Positions 9,049 through 20,500 of a stretch of 64,000 bases of DNA are shown here, in pieces (position 1 is the first letter of the stretch; the number at the start of each line of letters is the position of its first letter). The notes beneath the pieces were generated by a model. The model was not told where the DNA came from and did not search any database. It saw only the letters and a program-made list of their open reading frames with translations. Made by a program: the position numbers and the translations under genes. Origin of the DNA: a virus (lineage: Duplodnaviria; Caudoviricetes); IMG/VR virus record IMGVR_UViG_3300030385_001875, positions 905 to 64,904 of that record; one strand, given 5' to 3'.

Positions 9049-10681
9049 GGAACTCGTACCTTTTATCCCTAACGAAACCCAGATGAGGATCTATAGGGAA
9101 ATCTTCAGGCAACAGGAAGAAGGGAAACCTGTCCGTATCCTTGAGTTGAAAGGAAGACAGCAAGGTAGTTCTACAGGGATAGGGGCTTATAATTTCCTGC
9201 GTACTATCTGTGAACCGGGGACTAATAGCCTTATTATCACTGAAGAGAAGGGGGGGTCTGCCTCCAATATTTTCAGTATGTATAGACGGTTCCATCAGTA
9301 TTTACCCTTACCTGTATCTACAGAGTCAGCGAGAGAAGGGCATCTGTTGAAACTAGCCCCTCCTGTTAATAGTCAGATTAAGGTTGAAGGGGAAAAGAAC
9401 GTTACGTCCTATACCTTTCAGATGGTACATCTATCTGAAGCTGCGTTCTTTACTAATCTCTCCAAAACGTTAGCCATGCTTTTTCAGACAGTACCTGATG
9501 ACCCTTCCACATTGATAATACTTGAAACTACTGCTAATATGGCAGGGGACGATTTCGCTATTGAATGGACAAGAGCACAGGAAGGTAAATCTGATTTCTC
9601 TGCTTTGTTCATTCCGTGGTATGTTCATAACGAATATAAGACTCCGTTCAAAACAGATGCGTCCATGAAAAGGTTTGAAGATTCCGTAGGGACAGCAGCG
9701 AATGATATGTACGGTGATGAAAGACGGCTTTTCGAGCAGTACCCGGAGATGAGTCTTGAGAGTTTAAGTTGGAGAAGATCGGCAATAAGGAACCGTACTC
9801 AGGGCAGTATTTCGGAATTCATGCGACAGTACCCTGCCACAGCAGAAGAAGCGTTTCAGGCTAGTAATAACAGTATATTTGATATGGGGGTTCTTTCTCG
9901 TTGGTTGGAGAAAACTGTTCCCGCAGGGTATCGGGGTTACTTTGTTTCTAGAAACGGGGAGCCTCATTTTGAAGAAGACAGTGCTGGTATTGTTCATATC
10001 TGGGAAGAACCTCATCTTTATCTTGAATACGTTGCAGGGTCTGACCATGCGGAAGGGTTGGATAGTGGGGATTATTCGTGTTGCTTGATCTTTAAGCGGA
10101 TGCCGTTACAGCTTGTGGCTAAGATAAGAGGGTTTGACGGAAGACAAGTTCCCATAGACGAATTCGCAGAACAGATGTGGTTAATCTCACTTTATTATAA
10201 TCAGGCTTATTGTTGTCCTGAGAATAATGCGGATGGTGGTACGGTTGCACATATCCTTAGAAACGAATATACTTACCCGAATTTGATTACTGAAGAGATG
10301 TTAGGGTTGTTCGCTCACAAGACTGACAGGATAGGTTGGCGAAATACTTCAGCTACCCGTAGGAGAGTTGTCGCTAGGGTGCAGGAAGCTATTCATAATG
10401 AAGAAATGATTGTACCTGATGAGAAACTCATACGGGAATGCCAGACTTTTGTGGCAGTCAACGGAAGACCACAAGCGATGAAGAAAGGTAAAGGTAGACG
10501 GATCGGAGAACCTGAAGACGGGTACTATGATGATGAAGTCATTGCTTGTGGAGGATGTTTGTTGGCACACGATGCTTTACCATTACCGAAATCTTCGCAA
10601 TATTATGAGTCGAAGCATGAACCATTATGGTCGGACGTAGACAACCTTATAGGCGGGAAACATTATCTGGATTTAGTTTAA
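8912..10681 (+). CDS. terL: Terminase large subunit
   Basis: LKGRQQGSST Walker A, VHLSEAAF Walker B, ILETTAN coupling motif, RNase-H domain AGSDHAEG..DYS, PENN, YDDEVIA. Confidence 0.92.
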   Translation: MVDLSNQSLVDLWETAYLNHPQLLVENLGQMTAAMGALLKVQSKSRELVPFIPNETQMRIYREIFRQQEEGKPVRILELKGRQQGSSTGIGAYNFLRTICEPGTNSLIITEEKGGSASNIFSMYRRFHQYLPLPVSTESAREGHLLKLAPPVNSQIKVEGEKNVTSYTFQMVHLSEAAFFTNLSKTLAMLFQTVPDDPSTLIILETTANMAGDDFAIEWTRAQEGKSDFSALFIPWYVHNEYKTPFKTDASMKRFEDSVGTAANDMYGDERRLFEQYPEMSLESLSWRRSAIRNRTQGSISEFMRQYPATAEEAFQASNNSIFDMGVLSRWLEKTVPAGYRGYFVSRNGEPHFEEDSAGIVHIWEEPHLYLEYVAGSDHAEGLDSGDYSCCLIFKRMPLQLVAKIRGFDGRQVPIDEFAEQMWLISLYYNQAYCCPENNADGGTVAHILRNEYTYPNLITEEMLGLFAHKTDRIGWRNTSATRRRVVARVQEAIHNEEMIVPDEKLIRECQTFVAVNGRPQAMKKGKGRRIGEPEDGYYDDEVIACGGCLLAHDALPLPKSSQYYESKHEPLWSDVDNLIGGKHYLDLV

Positions 10682-10691
10682 GGGGGAGGTT

Positions 10692-12479
10692 ATGGCGAAA
10701 GGCAAGAATTTTGAGGAGATGACTAAAGAGGATGACATCCTTGAAGTTTTTAAGTCTATGCGTGATGAAGCACGTGAGAAGGTTGAACCCAGAGCAAAGG
10801 AAATACAGCGCAATTATCTGACGTATTTGGGGAACCATTATCTGAGAGAGAATGAAGAGGGGTGGACCGCTGATGATAAAGCACCTTCGTGGAGGTTCAG
10901 GGTTAAGAGGGATATTATAGGCCCTATGGTGGATACTTTACGCCCCATCCTAATGAGGGGATACCCTAAATATTACGTTGAAGCGGATTACCCTGAATTA
11001 CCTGCCATGATTGAGACGGAAGATGGTCAGCAGGTCCCTACGCCTATGCGAGAAGGTGACAGTGCTAGGTTTCTGCAAAATATTCTGGAAGCGTTCCATG
11101 AGGAACGAGGTGAAGGGATAGAGGTAGCTAAACTGCTGGTTGACGTTCTTGTTGGCGGGATTGCTTACCGAAAGGTGACGTTTTGTCCACAGACGAATAG
11201 GGTGAGGTTACCCCACTTGAATTTTGAAGATCTTTTGCCTGACCCTTACGGAACACGTAGCGATTTCGGGGACCATAAATATGTGATTATACGTAATGAG
11301 ATGGATTGTTATGATATTGAACGTATTTACGGGGTTAAAGAGAAGGATTTCGGTGGAGATAACGAGGATGATTTTGGTGACGGCTTATTCAAAACTGTTA
11401 AGACGATGTTTAATAAGAAGAGCAGCCAGAAGAAAGATACTGTTGATCAGAACGAAACATGGAAACGGAGAAGGTATGATGTGTGGGAGTTGTATTATAA
11501 TGAAATGACTCCGATGGAGACAGAGTTCGGTAAAGCTCCCCCTAAAGCTGTGCGTTACCCTAAAGGTAGGCATATTGTTATCATTAACGATAAGGTGGTT
11601 GCTGTAGACAGGGAGAACCCTTATTGGCATGGACAGTTCCCGTTAATTACATATAACGCTAACCCGCTACCACATGAGTTTTTTGGTAAAAGTGATGTGG
11701 ACTCAATGGTCTCTATTCAGAGTGCGGGGAACATTTTGCAGAACATGGTTATTCAGAACGCTATGTTGTCCACCAACACCCAATGGATTTATGAGGAGGG
11801 GGCATTGTCAGCCGAGGAACTGACAAATGAGCCCGGGCTAATGATACCAGTGGCTCCCGGGGGGATAGGTAGACTTCAACGATTAGAACCCGCAAGCATT
11901 AGTCGGGATGCAATGGCTTTGATAGAGCAACTTGAAGGTCATGCACGAAGCGATATTTCTGGGGTTCAGGATGTGATGATGGGAAGAGAACCGACATCCA
12001 ATTCGTCAGGGGTACTAGCGAATACATTGCAAAGTGCTGCATTGACAAGGCAGGGGTTCAAGATACAGTCACTTGATGAAGGGTATAAACGTCAAGCGAT
12101 ATTGGAAGTATCGTTAATACAGCAGTTTTATAATTTTGAAGACCCCCACGTTACACGTAAGATGCAGATGGGAGAGCTTATGCAATGGAATGAAGCGATA
12201 CGTAACCTGACATATGATGTTGTAGTGGAATCTAAAGCTGATATGCCACATAACGTGGTTTCTCGAATGAATATAGCTATGCAACTGATGCAGATGGGTG
12301 TATTCGATATCATGGAATTCTTGGATTATACGGGGTTGAAGATACGTGAAGATCTGAGGAACCAGTTGATTGGGGCCAGTTTAGGTGGTGGAGGTCAGCA
12401 AGGTCAAGGTCAGGGAGGTATTGCTGGTCAGGAGAATCTTGGATCAGGGGTTCCACAACAAGCGATACCATCTATGTAA
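10692..12479 (+). CDS. Portal protein (P22/podovirus-like)
   Basis: 595 aa directly after TerL; ENPYWHGQFP, FFGKS.VD..Q, DISGVQDVMMG. Confidence 0.85.
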   Translation: MAKGKNFEEMTKEDDILEVFKSMRDEAREKVEPRAKEIQRNYLTYLGNHYLRENEEGWTADDKAPSWRFRVKRDIIGPMVDTLRPILMRGYPKYYVEADYPELPAMIETEDGQQVPTPMREGDSARFLQNILEAFHEERGEGIEVAKLLVDVLVGGIAYRKVTFCPQTNRVRLPHLNFEDLLPDPYGTRSDFGDHKYVIIRNEMDCYDIERIYGVKEKDFGGDNEDDFGDGLFKTVKTMFNKKSSQKKDTVDQNETWKRRRYDVWELYYNEMTPMETEFGKAPPKAVRYPKGRHIVIINDKVVAVDRENPYWHGQFPLITYNANPLPHEFFGKSDVDSMVSIQSAGNILQNMVIQNAMLSTNTQWIYEEGALSAEELTNEPGLMIPVAPGGIGRLQRLEPASISRDAMALIEQLEGHARSDISGVQDVMMGREPTSNSSGVLANTLQSAALTRQGFKIQSLDEGYKRQAILEVSLIQQFYNFEDPHVTRKMQMGELMQWNEAIRNLTYDVVVESKADMPHNVVSRMNIAMQLMQMGVFDIMEFLDYTGLKIREDLRNQLIGASLGGGGQQGQGQGGIAGQENLGSGVPQQAIPSM

Positions 12480-12784
12480 TGAAGGAGATAAGCGAAGAAC
12501 TGGTTAGGTCATTATTAGAGGATGATAATGTACCTTTTGCAGAAATCAATTTAAAAAAACATAAAGGGACCCTTACTTATCTTGAGGTACGCTTGAAAGC
12601 GATAGATGAAGAAGGGATCGCTTGGATAATGAAGGTTTTGGATTATGCCAATCAGCGAAACAAAAAAAGCGCAGGATCTGGTGATAGAGTACAAGGTACG
12701 GTTGGAGGAAGCGTTGAAACCCAACGCAATCCTGAACCAAAGATTGATAAGGGTGATAGGCTTAAATACAGAGGTTCTTCTTGA
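12479..12784 (+). CDS. Hypothetical protein
   Basis: TAATG coupling to the portal stop. Confidence 0.5.
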   Translation: MKEISEELVRSLLEDDNVPFAEINLKKHKGTLTYLEVRLKAIDEEGIAWIMKVLDYANQRNKKSAGSGDRVQGTVGGSVETQRNPEPKIDKGDRLKYRGSS

Positions 12785-12864
12785 AAGCATGACGCAGACT
12801 GCACAGTTACGAGATGAAGTGGGTAGAATGCGGGCTGATATGAAGAGTATTGCTAAAAAAATTA

Positions 12865-12893
12865 TTGACAAATAGGTTTTGATGGTGTATTAG
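12865..12893 (+). promoter_or_regulatory. Candidate sigma70-type promoter for the head genes
   Basis: TTGACA-17 nt-TATTAG. Confidence 0.4.
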
Positions 12894-13031
12894 TTTTTAT
12901 ATTCGTATTTTCTCCTTCGTTTCGTTTGCCCGAAACGGTTGTCTGGTGCGTTGCCTCCGTAATGTACCAGACTGAAATCATAAATTTTAATGGACAAGTC
13001 GTTAAGACCCCAAAATAAAAAGGTGTAAAAA

Positions 13032-13823
13032 ATGTTAGAAGACCAAGGCTCACAAGCTGCTGAAGAAACAGGGAACTCCGATCAAGGAACAAACCCTGTT
13101 GCACAGGAGAGTACAGTCACCGCAACTCCAGAACTGGATGAAGCGGGAAGCGAACTGCAACTGATGCGTGACGAGATGGATAAGAAAAATGTCCATGCTC
13201 AGAGAAAGATTACGCAGATGGGGCAGGATAATTCACAGATGCGAGATGATCTAAGTCAAAGGGATGGTGAGGTGCAACAACTTCGCCAACAGGTGAACGA
13301 GCTACAATCTAACCAGTCCCAATATATGTCTAATTACGGTATGGAAAACGAGCAGGAAGCCAAAACAGGTGATAATGGTCGTATAGACATGCTTGAAAAG
13401 GCATTAGGTGACACGATTAACGAGATGTATAGTATGCGTGAAAATTTAGCTCAGGCTGATGCGGGCTCAAAGCAAACTCAACGGGTTCAACAGTACAAGG
13501 ATAATTACGGTATGACCGATGATGATGCTCAACTTGCGATCCAGTACGAGGATGCGGGAGAGTTTCCTAACGCTCACAAGGTTATTGAGTTAGCTTCAGC
13601 GCAGAACAGGTCACGGGAATCTGCAAACCAGAGACGAGGTTCATATTCTTCTACTGAGGGGAGTTCTTCTTCTTCTCTATTTAAGAGCGCAACTGACAAT
13701 AAGGCTGCTGTCGATAATATCTTAGGGGGTTCTAGGACTCCCGAAGAGGTGGCGAGTCTAATCGCTGATGATCCTAGCTTAATTGACAAGTTGGGCGACA
13801 GTTTAAAATTTAGCAGTGAGTAA
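13032..13823 (+). CDS. Probable capsid scaffolding protein
   Basis: Acidic, coiled-coil, disordered termini; lies between portal and capsid. Confidence 0.7.
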   Translation: MLEDQGSQAAEETGNSDQGTNPVAQESTVTATPELDEAGSELQLMRDEMDKKNVHAQRKITQMGQDNSQMRDDLSQRDGEVQQLRQQVNELQSNQSQYMSNYGMENEQEAKTGDNGRIDMLEKALGDTINEMYSMRENLAQADAGSKQTQRVQQYKDNYGMTDDDAQLAIQYEDAGEFPNAHKVIELASAQNRSRESANQRRGSYSSTEGSSSSSLFKSATDNKAAVDNILGGSRTPEEVASLIADDPSLIDKLGDSLKFSSE

Positions 13824-13913
13824 CTACAGTCAGGACGGGCCGGACTAGAGACTGGCCCGTCTTCTCTCTAGTGGGTGTAGTGAACAACTTTAATTCTATA
13901 GGAGTTTACTACA

Positions 13914-14975
13914 ATGCCAGCTATTCTTGACCAAATCAGTATAGCGACCTTAGCGATGCACCCTGACCTCAACACTAAACTGTTGAGTAGAGATTCTGCA
14001 CTCTTGCGGATCTTACAGGCTAAATCGTCTAGCATGACAGGGTCGCCTCTGAAAATTAAGGTCAGATATAAAAGAAATAATGGCGGTTGGTACGCAGGTT
14101 TCGATACTTTCAATACCGCAAGGGTTGAACAGTTAGCCGAAGGTAGCGTGAACTGGACTAATGTCTATGTTAACGTTACTGTAGACGAAGACACCTTGGT
14201 AACAAACGCTGGTATGACGATCAAAGACCTTTTGAGCGTCAATTCACTTAAAAACCTACCTAAACGTGACCGAGTTACCCTGATCAATATCTTTGGTGCT
14301 GAACTTGAAGGTGCGATAGACGACAAGCAACAATTGTTGAATTCTGCCATCTATACAGGTGCTTCAAGTGCCAAACAATTGACAGGTCTTGACGGTATCA
14401 TTGCAGGTTCAACAGCCCACCCCGGTGCTTACGCTGGTATGGCTGCTGCTGATCTAGGTACATTCGATGATGGACGTAGAGGGTTCCTTAGCGGGACTGA
14501 TGGTTCTTCTACTAAGGATAATGTATGGGCAGCTAAGACGAAAACATTTCTTCCTACGCAGTCTGTATTGCTTGAAAATCTAGCCGATGGTTTAAATGAC
14601 TGTAATCAAGGGTCTTCTGACGGAATTGATTATGTCATTATGCCACTCGATATTTGGTCTTCTTTAGAACTGCAACTTGAAGGTCAGAAGACTCGTCCTA
14701 ACGAGAACCTTTCTGCTATCGGGTTCCGCACAAATATCGAATGGGTAAGTTTCGGTTGTACTTTCGTTGCTGATCCTTTCTGCCCTGCTGGTACAGTTTA
14801 CGGTATCAACACTAATCATCTTAAACTAGCGACACATCCGGGTCTGCAAATGGAAATGTCACAGTTTAAAGAACCGACAGATCAAGCTGCTATTACAGCA
14901 CAGGTTAAGTCGAAGTTGCAAACATGGTGCGATGATCGTGCCAAGCACTTCAAAATAGACGGCTTAACTGCCTAA
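13914..14975 (+). CDS. Major capsid protein (HK97 fold inferred)
   Basis: 353 aa after the scaffold; AGGAG RBS; LNSAIYTG..KQLTGLDGII, VADPFCPAGTVYGINTNHLKL. Confidence 0.8.
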   Translation: MPAILDQISIATLAMHPDLNTKLLSRDSALLRILQAKSSSMTGSPLKIKVRYKRNNGGWYAGFDTFNTARVEQLAEGSVNWTNVYVNVTVDEDTLVTNAGMTIKDLLSVNSLKNLPKRDRVTLINIFGAELEGAIDDKQQLLNSAIYTGASSAKQLTGLDGIIAGSTAHPGAYAGMAAADLGTFDDGRRGFLSGTDGSSTKDNVWAAKTKTFLPTQSVLLENLADGLNDCNQGSSDGIDYVIMPLDIWSSLELQLEGQKTRPNENLSAIGFRTNIEWVSFGCTFVADPFCPAGTVYGINTNHLKLATHPGLQMEMSQFKEPTDQAAITAQVKSKLQTWCDDRAKHFKIDGLTA

Positions 14976-14987
14976 AGGGAGGATGAT

Positions 14988-15254
14988 ATGGCTACTTATA
15001 AGCGTAAAAAGACTCCAGATTCGTTAGGACTGGAAACTGTCACTGCTGCCGAATTACTTGCTGATACCACTTATGTAGGGTTGGTTGAAGTTACACCTGA
15101 TACAGGTGATGCTTTTACCGTTTCTAAAGTGGGGGCGATTTTCTGGTGGTTGATTGCTGCTGATGGGGCTGTACAGAAGCTCTATGCTTCTAATCGTGCA
15201 CCTGTGACGCTGATCACTGACGGTGTAGATCAAGGGGATATTGATCCAGATTGA
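14988..15254 (+). CDS. Hypothetical virion protein
   Basis: GGAGG RBS; follows the capsid gene. Confidence 0.6.
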   Translation: MATYKRKKTPDSLGLETVTAAELLADTTYVGLVEVTPDTGDAFTVSKVGAIFWWLIAADGAVQKLYASNRAPVTLITDGVDQGDIDPD

Positions 15255-15270
15255 TGAACTAAACTAAACT

Positions 15271-15305
15271 AAGGGTGCGGGGTTAGTTCCTCGCACCTTC
15301 TTTTT
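15271..15305 (+). terminator. Rho-independent terminator after the capsid operon
   Basis: GGTGCGGGG-ttagtt-CCTCGCACC stem then TTCTTTTT. Confidence 0.7.
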
Positions 15306-15341
15306 AACTGCCGTTATAAGGGTGGGAGATGGAGGAATTTA

Positions 15342-15869
15342 ATGGCTATTACTTTTACAAGAAGAAGAAACGCTTGGACGAGTTCTGAGAAGAATTCAGC
15401 CTATTCAGTAAACATACGTAAACGAGCTTTAGGGGCAACCTTAGATGCTAATGGTAACCTCAGTATTTATCGACCTGCATCAGGTGGGGGTTTAGGTCTC
15501 CATATTGAACAGGAAGGTACGGCTGCTTGTTTGCAACTCACAGGTGGTGGTATTCAACCTGCATATGAGACAATCGCTACCACAACTGCTAATATTACAG
15601 CCAAAGCCTTAACGACATACGGTGTCAGTGACATAAAGACAACGGCTTCATGGACTGTCACTGCGACTCTAGCTGATCTCGATGCTACAGCGGTAGGGAG
15701 GACAAAGACTGTTACTCATAGTGCTCATGGGGGTGTTGTTACGATTACCCCTGTCACTTTAGGGAATGGTCAGAATGTGCTCTTGAACACTGCGGGGGAA
15801 GCTGTAATATTTGTTTGGGATGGTATTCAATGGAACGCAATCCTTAGTAATACGGCTACTGTGTCATAA
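15342..15869 (+). CDS. Probable head decoration/fibre protein
   Basis: Thr/Ala-rich, ends in LNTAGEAVIFVWDGIQW; GGAGG RBS. Confidence 0.55.
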   Translation: MAITFTRRRNAWTSSEKNSAYSVNIRKRALGATLDANGNLSIYRPASGGGLGLHIEQEGTAACLQLTGGGIQPAYETIATTTANITAKALTTYGVSDIKTTASWTVTATLADLDATAVGRTKTVTHSAHGGVVTITPVTLGNGQNVLLNTAGEAVIFVWDGIQWNAILSNTATVS

Positions 15870-15881
15870 TAAGAGGTCTGT

Positions 15882-17183
15882 ATGTCTTTTACATTAAAAG
15901 ACCTCAAGACCGAATTGCGTCTACGTATAGGTGAACCGACAGATGGTACAGTCGGTTCATCTGTTACTTATCAGGACGAAACAGGTGTCGATGAGGCAAC
16001 TTTAGCTTTAAACCTTGCTCATAAGAAAGTCTGTGACGATGCTTTGTCCATAGGTTACGCTCTTCTACAGGGTCGTAAGAATATGGCAGTCGTTAACAGT
16101 ACGAGAGAATACTCTCTTCCTTCCGATTTCTCTTCTGTTTTAGACCTATTCCATTTACATGACGGTAGTTTTTACCGATTATCTCGTCATCCTTTACGCA
16201 TGATGAAAGACGGGTTGTCTGTCAATACGACTGGTACAACTTACACTCATTATGATGTGTTCGGTAGGGCTGGAGATGTCTTGGTGGAAAGTACGGTTAC
16301 TACGGGCTTAACCAGTTCATTCGTTGACAGTCTTAACGATTTCACTTCAGGGGCCTTGGGTGCTGTAGGTGATATTGTTTTTAATCTGACAGATGGAAGT
16401 CAGGGTACAATAACTGTGGTGAATGGGAACACGGTAACAGTAGACGGGTTAGTCGGTGGCAGAAACAATGAATTCGACCTTAATGACAGGTATCATATAG
16501 AAACCAAGGAACAGATACTGGATGTACTGCATGTGTATCCTGCGATTAGTGCTGGGTTTGATTTGTATACTGCACAAGCTACTGTTTCTTGGGGGAGTAA
16601 TGCAACTTTAAGCTGGACACCAACTGATGAAGTGATATTGTACTCGATTACTGTAACGTTAGGTTCGGCTATAAGTTCTCCTGCGAGGGTTTCAGTTACG
16701 AATTTAGCTAACGCAACAATAGGTTCAGCCGTTACGGGTGATAACGAAGCGGTCTTTGCTCAAGGGATTAAGCTGGATGCAGGGGTTGCTTATGATATTA
16801 CAGTAGCCGATAGTCTAGGGGCTTCGGTTACACCTACCTCTTACGGTATTAAAGGGTATACGGGATCAGAAGAATTAGAACTTCATTATTCCCGTGTTCC
16901 AATGGACATGTCAGCACTTACCGATTACTCTGAATTACCTGATTGGGCTAAAGAAGCGGTTTTGTTATGGGCTATATACCTTTCAACATGTAAGATGTTT
17001 GGGGGTGAAAGTAATCAGTCTGCTCAGGCCAGAACGCAATATGAGTTTGAATTACAGAAAGTGAAACGGTTTATGAGGGTTAAAGATCAAGATAGGCTTA
17101 ACCTTGTAACAGATGTTGTAGGGAGCAAGTCTATACCTACTCATAAGAATGTACCTATTAACATATCGTTACCATTAGGTTAG
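15882..17183 (+). CDS. Head-tail adaptor (P22 gp4-like) with beta-rich insertion
   Basis: TLKDLKTELRLRIGE..LNLAHKKV, REYSLPSDF, and C-terminal SELPDWAKEAVLLWA typical of podovirus adaptors. Confidence 0.6.
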   Translation: MSFTLKDLKTELRLRIGEPTDGTVGSSVTYQDETGVDEATLALNLAHKKVCDDALSIGYALLQGRKNMAVVNSTREYSLPSDFSSVLDLFHLHDGSFYRLSRHPLRMMKDGLSVNTTGTTYTHYDVFGRAGDVLVESTVTTGLTSSFVDSLNDFTSGALGAVGDIVFNLTDGSQGTITVVNGNTVTVDGLVGGRNNEFDLNDRYHIETKEQILDVLHVYPAISAGFDLYTAQATVSWGSNATLSWTPTDEVILYSITVTLGSAISSPARVSVTNLANATIGSAVTGDNEAVFAQGIKLDAGVAYDITVADSLGASVTPTSYGIKGYTGSEELELHYSRVPMDMSALTDYSELPDWAKEAVLLWAIYLSTCKMFGGESNQSAQARTQYEFELQKVKRFMRVKDQDRLNLVTDVVGSKSIPTHKNVPINISLPLG

Positions 17184-17192
17184 GAGAGAGAT

Positions 17193-17498
17193 ATGCCAAG
17201 GAAGATGGGGACTAAGCAAACTACGGAGAAAATATCAGCGAGTGGTAATTCGGTAATAGCGCAAGGCACAGCTACTCAGATACATCCGGGGGCATCTGCT
17301 CCTTGCAATATAGGGATAACACTTAAAGCGTATTCAGCGAACAGTGTTGACATTTTCGTAGGGAGTCTAGGTGTTTCGACTACAAGCGGGTTCGCTATAA
17401 GCCCCGGAGAAACTGTGTCTTTAAGACTGGATAATATCCAAGATATTTTTGCGATTACTACAACGGGATCACAGATCTTGTCATATATAGGAATGTAG
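17193..17498 (+). CDS. Small virion beta-sandwich protein, paralogous to the C-terminus of the next gene
   Basis: GITLKAYSANSVDIFVG..GVSTTSGFAISPG. Confidence 0.6.
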   Translation: MPRKMGTKQTTEKISASGNSVIAQGTATQIHPGASAPCNIGITLKAYSANSVDIFVGSLGVSTTSGFAISPGETVSLRLDNIQDIFAITTTGSQILSYIGM

Positions 17499-17507
17499 GA
17501 GGACACC

Positions 17508-20500
17508 ATGCCTAGAGCGCAAAGTGAATTTTCGGTAATGCAGGAACTCGGTAATGCTATCGGGCAAACTAATGAAGGTGAACTGGACGTTAATGTAGTA
17601 AACGCCTTGTCTACCGAAGATCTGAATAGTGCGATAGCTGATTTAGAAGCGATACGTGCTGCGTTGGTTGACGGTGGGGGTGTCAGTATTTCTGTAGCTA
17701 ACATGGATGTTGATCTCGATGATTTGGAGAAGATTTTTAATGGTGGATCATCTGTTGGTGTAGGGGGGCCTACTTTTGATATAGGTCAACTGATGACTGA
17801 CATTAAGGCATCTATTCAACTCTTGGACGATGCTGTAGGTACAACTAACGGCACTTCTCCCACTAAAGGGAAACTTGTTGGCGGGAAAGATAGCGGGGGA
17901 GATTTTCAGCCTCTAAAGATTGCTACAGATGGTACGTTGCAAGTAGATATAGGGTCCACTATAACAGAAACGAATTCAGCAGCTATCAAGACTGCGATAG
18001 ACACGATTACAGCAGCGGTTAATAGTAGTAAGATGGATGTTAATCTGTCAACTTCAGGGATAACTCTTCCTGTTAGTGGCAGCTTTTTTCCTGCCACGCA
18101 ACCTGTATCAGGGACGGTAGGGGTTTCTGGAACGGTAACGGTTGATGGAAGTGCTTCAACGCAGCCCGTATCAGGGACAGTTACAGAAACAAACTCAGCA
18201 GCTATAAAAACCTCGGTAGAAGCACTCGACAACGCTATTGCTGGTAACGAAATGCAGGTAGATGTAGTTACTATGCCTAACGTGACAGTAAATGGAACAG
18301 TAACTGCTAATGTGGGTACAGGGACTCAAGGTGTTTCGGGTACTGTTGCTGTTTCAGCTGTTTCAGGTACGGTAACCACTACTGAAGGTAGCGGAACAAC
18401 GATAGCTACTAACACAGCTAAAATAGATGACGTTCAAGCTGCTGATGCGGGTACTAACCCAGCCAAAGGCGTGATGATGGGGGGTACTGACGGTAGTAAT
18501 TTACAGTACCTTTTAACTGACGGTCAAGGTCATTTGCAAGTAGATGTCCTTTCAGGTGCTTCAGGGGGTACAGTAGATACGGAACTGACAATTGCTGACT
18601 TGGATACGGGTGTTGGAACTGACACCAAAGCTGTTGTGGGGGTAGCATTAGCAGAATCAGGTGGGGGTCAACTTTTAGGTTCAGCTAACCCTATGCCTGT
18701 AAGCGGGACGTTCTGGCAAACCACTCAACCTATAAGCGGTTCAGTTACAGAAGCGAATTCAGCAGCTATTAAAACTGCGGTAGAAGCACTCGATAACGCT
18801 ATTGGTGGTAACGAGATGCAGGTTGATGTTGTAGCTGCGTTACCAGCGGGAACTAACAATATCGGTGATGTTGATATAGCTTCAGCTTTACCTGCTGGAG
18901 GGAATAATATCGGTGATGTGGACATAGCGTCTGCAAGTTTCGAGGCTTCTGATGGGGCCACTGCACCCACCAAAGGTGTGATGATAGGAGGAAAAGACGG
19001 GGCTGATTTCCAAGTACTTAAAGTTAATAGTGACGGTGAGCTTGTGGTCAACCTTGAAGCATCCAGTCTTAATATCGGTGACGTAGACATAGCTTCTGAA
19101 CTTCCAGCAGGGTCTAATAATATAGGTAACGTTGATATTGCTTCTGCATTACCTGCTGGAGCTAATGCCATAGGTAAACTGGCAGCCAACGATGGAGTGG
19201 ATATAGGTAACGTTGATGTGACCAGTCTACCTTCAATACCAACAGGGGCTAATGCCATTGGTAAATTGGCAGCTAATTCGGGAGTGGATATCGGTGACGT
19301 TGATGTACTTACTCTTCCTCCGATACCAGCAGGGACTAATAACATAGGCGATGTGGATGTTGCTTCTGCCTCGTTTGAACATGCTGAAGATGAAGCACAT
19401 ACAACTGCTGATAAGGGTGTTCATATATTAGCAGTCAGGAAAGACACTGCTGCTGCTCAAACAAATGCTGATGGAGATTACAGTTCACTATTAACAGATT
19501 CTGATGGTAAGTTGCATGTTAATGCTGGACCAATGGCTGCTCAGATAGCGGGTGATGTCAATATTGGAGATGTTAGTCTCGCTCCAAGTCTTGCTGATGG
19601 GGGTTCATTAACGGGTGTTGAAGGTCTTGCTGTAGGTGGTAAGGATGGCAGTGGTAACTTCCAGATGCTAAAAGTTAACGCTGACGGGGAACTGGAAATT
19701 AACTTAGAGGCTTCCACTCTTAATATCGGTGATGTCGATATAGCTTCTGAACTTCCTGCTGGCACGAACAACATTGGTGACGTAGACATAGCTTCGGCAC
19801 TTCCTGCCGGGGCTAATGCGATAGGGAAATTAGCAGCTAACTCAGGTGTTGATATCGGAGATGTGGATGTACTTACTCTTCCAGCGTTACCCGCAGGGAC
19901 TAACAATATAGGTGATGTCGATATTGCCTCTGCCATACCAGCAGGTAACAATAATATAGGTAACGTAGATGTGGTTACTCTTCCTAGTTTAGCAGCCGGG
20001 ACTAATGCTATTGGCAAATTAGCTGCTAACTCAGGGATTGATATCGGTGATGTTGACGTAACCTCTTTACCGTCTTTAGCAGCGGGTACGAATAATATCG
20101 GTGATGTTGATATTGCCTCTGCTGGGTTTGAAGCTGTTGACGGAGCTACTGTTCCAAGTAAAGGCGTAATGATAGGCGGGAAAGATGGGTCTGATTTCCA
20201 AGCTGTAAAGGTCAATAGTGATGGCGAACTACTTGTTAATTTGGAAGCGTCTTCCATTAACATTGGAGATGTAGACATAGCTTCTGCATTACCCGCAGGA
20301 AACAATAATATAGGTAACGTGGACATAGCGTCTTCTTTACCCGCAGGTGCTAACGCTATAGGTAAATTAGCTGCCAATAGCGGAGTAGACATTGGCGATG
20401 TAGATGTCACATCTTTACCGTCTTTACCAGCGGGTGCTAACGCTATAGGTAAATTAGCTGCTAATAGCGGAGTGGATATCGGGGATGTGGACGTTACTAG

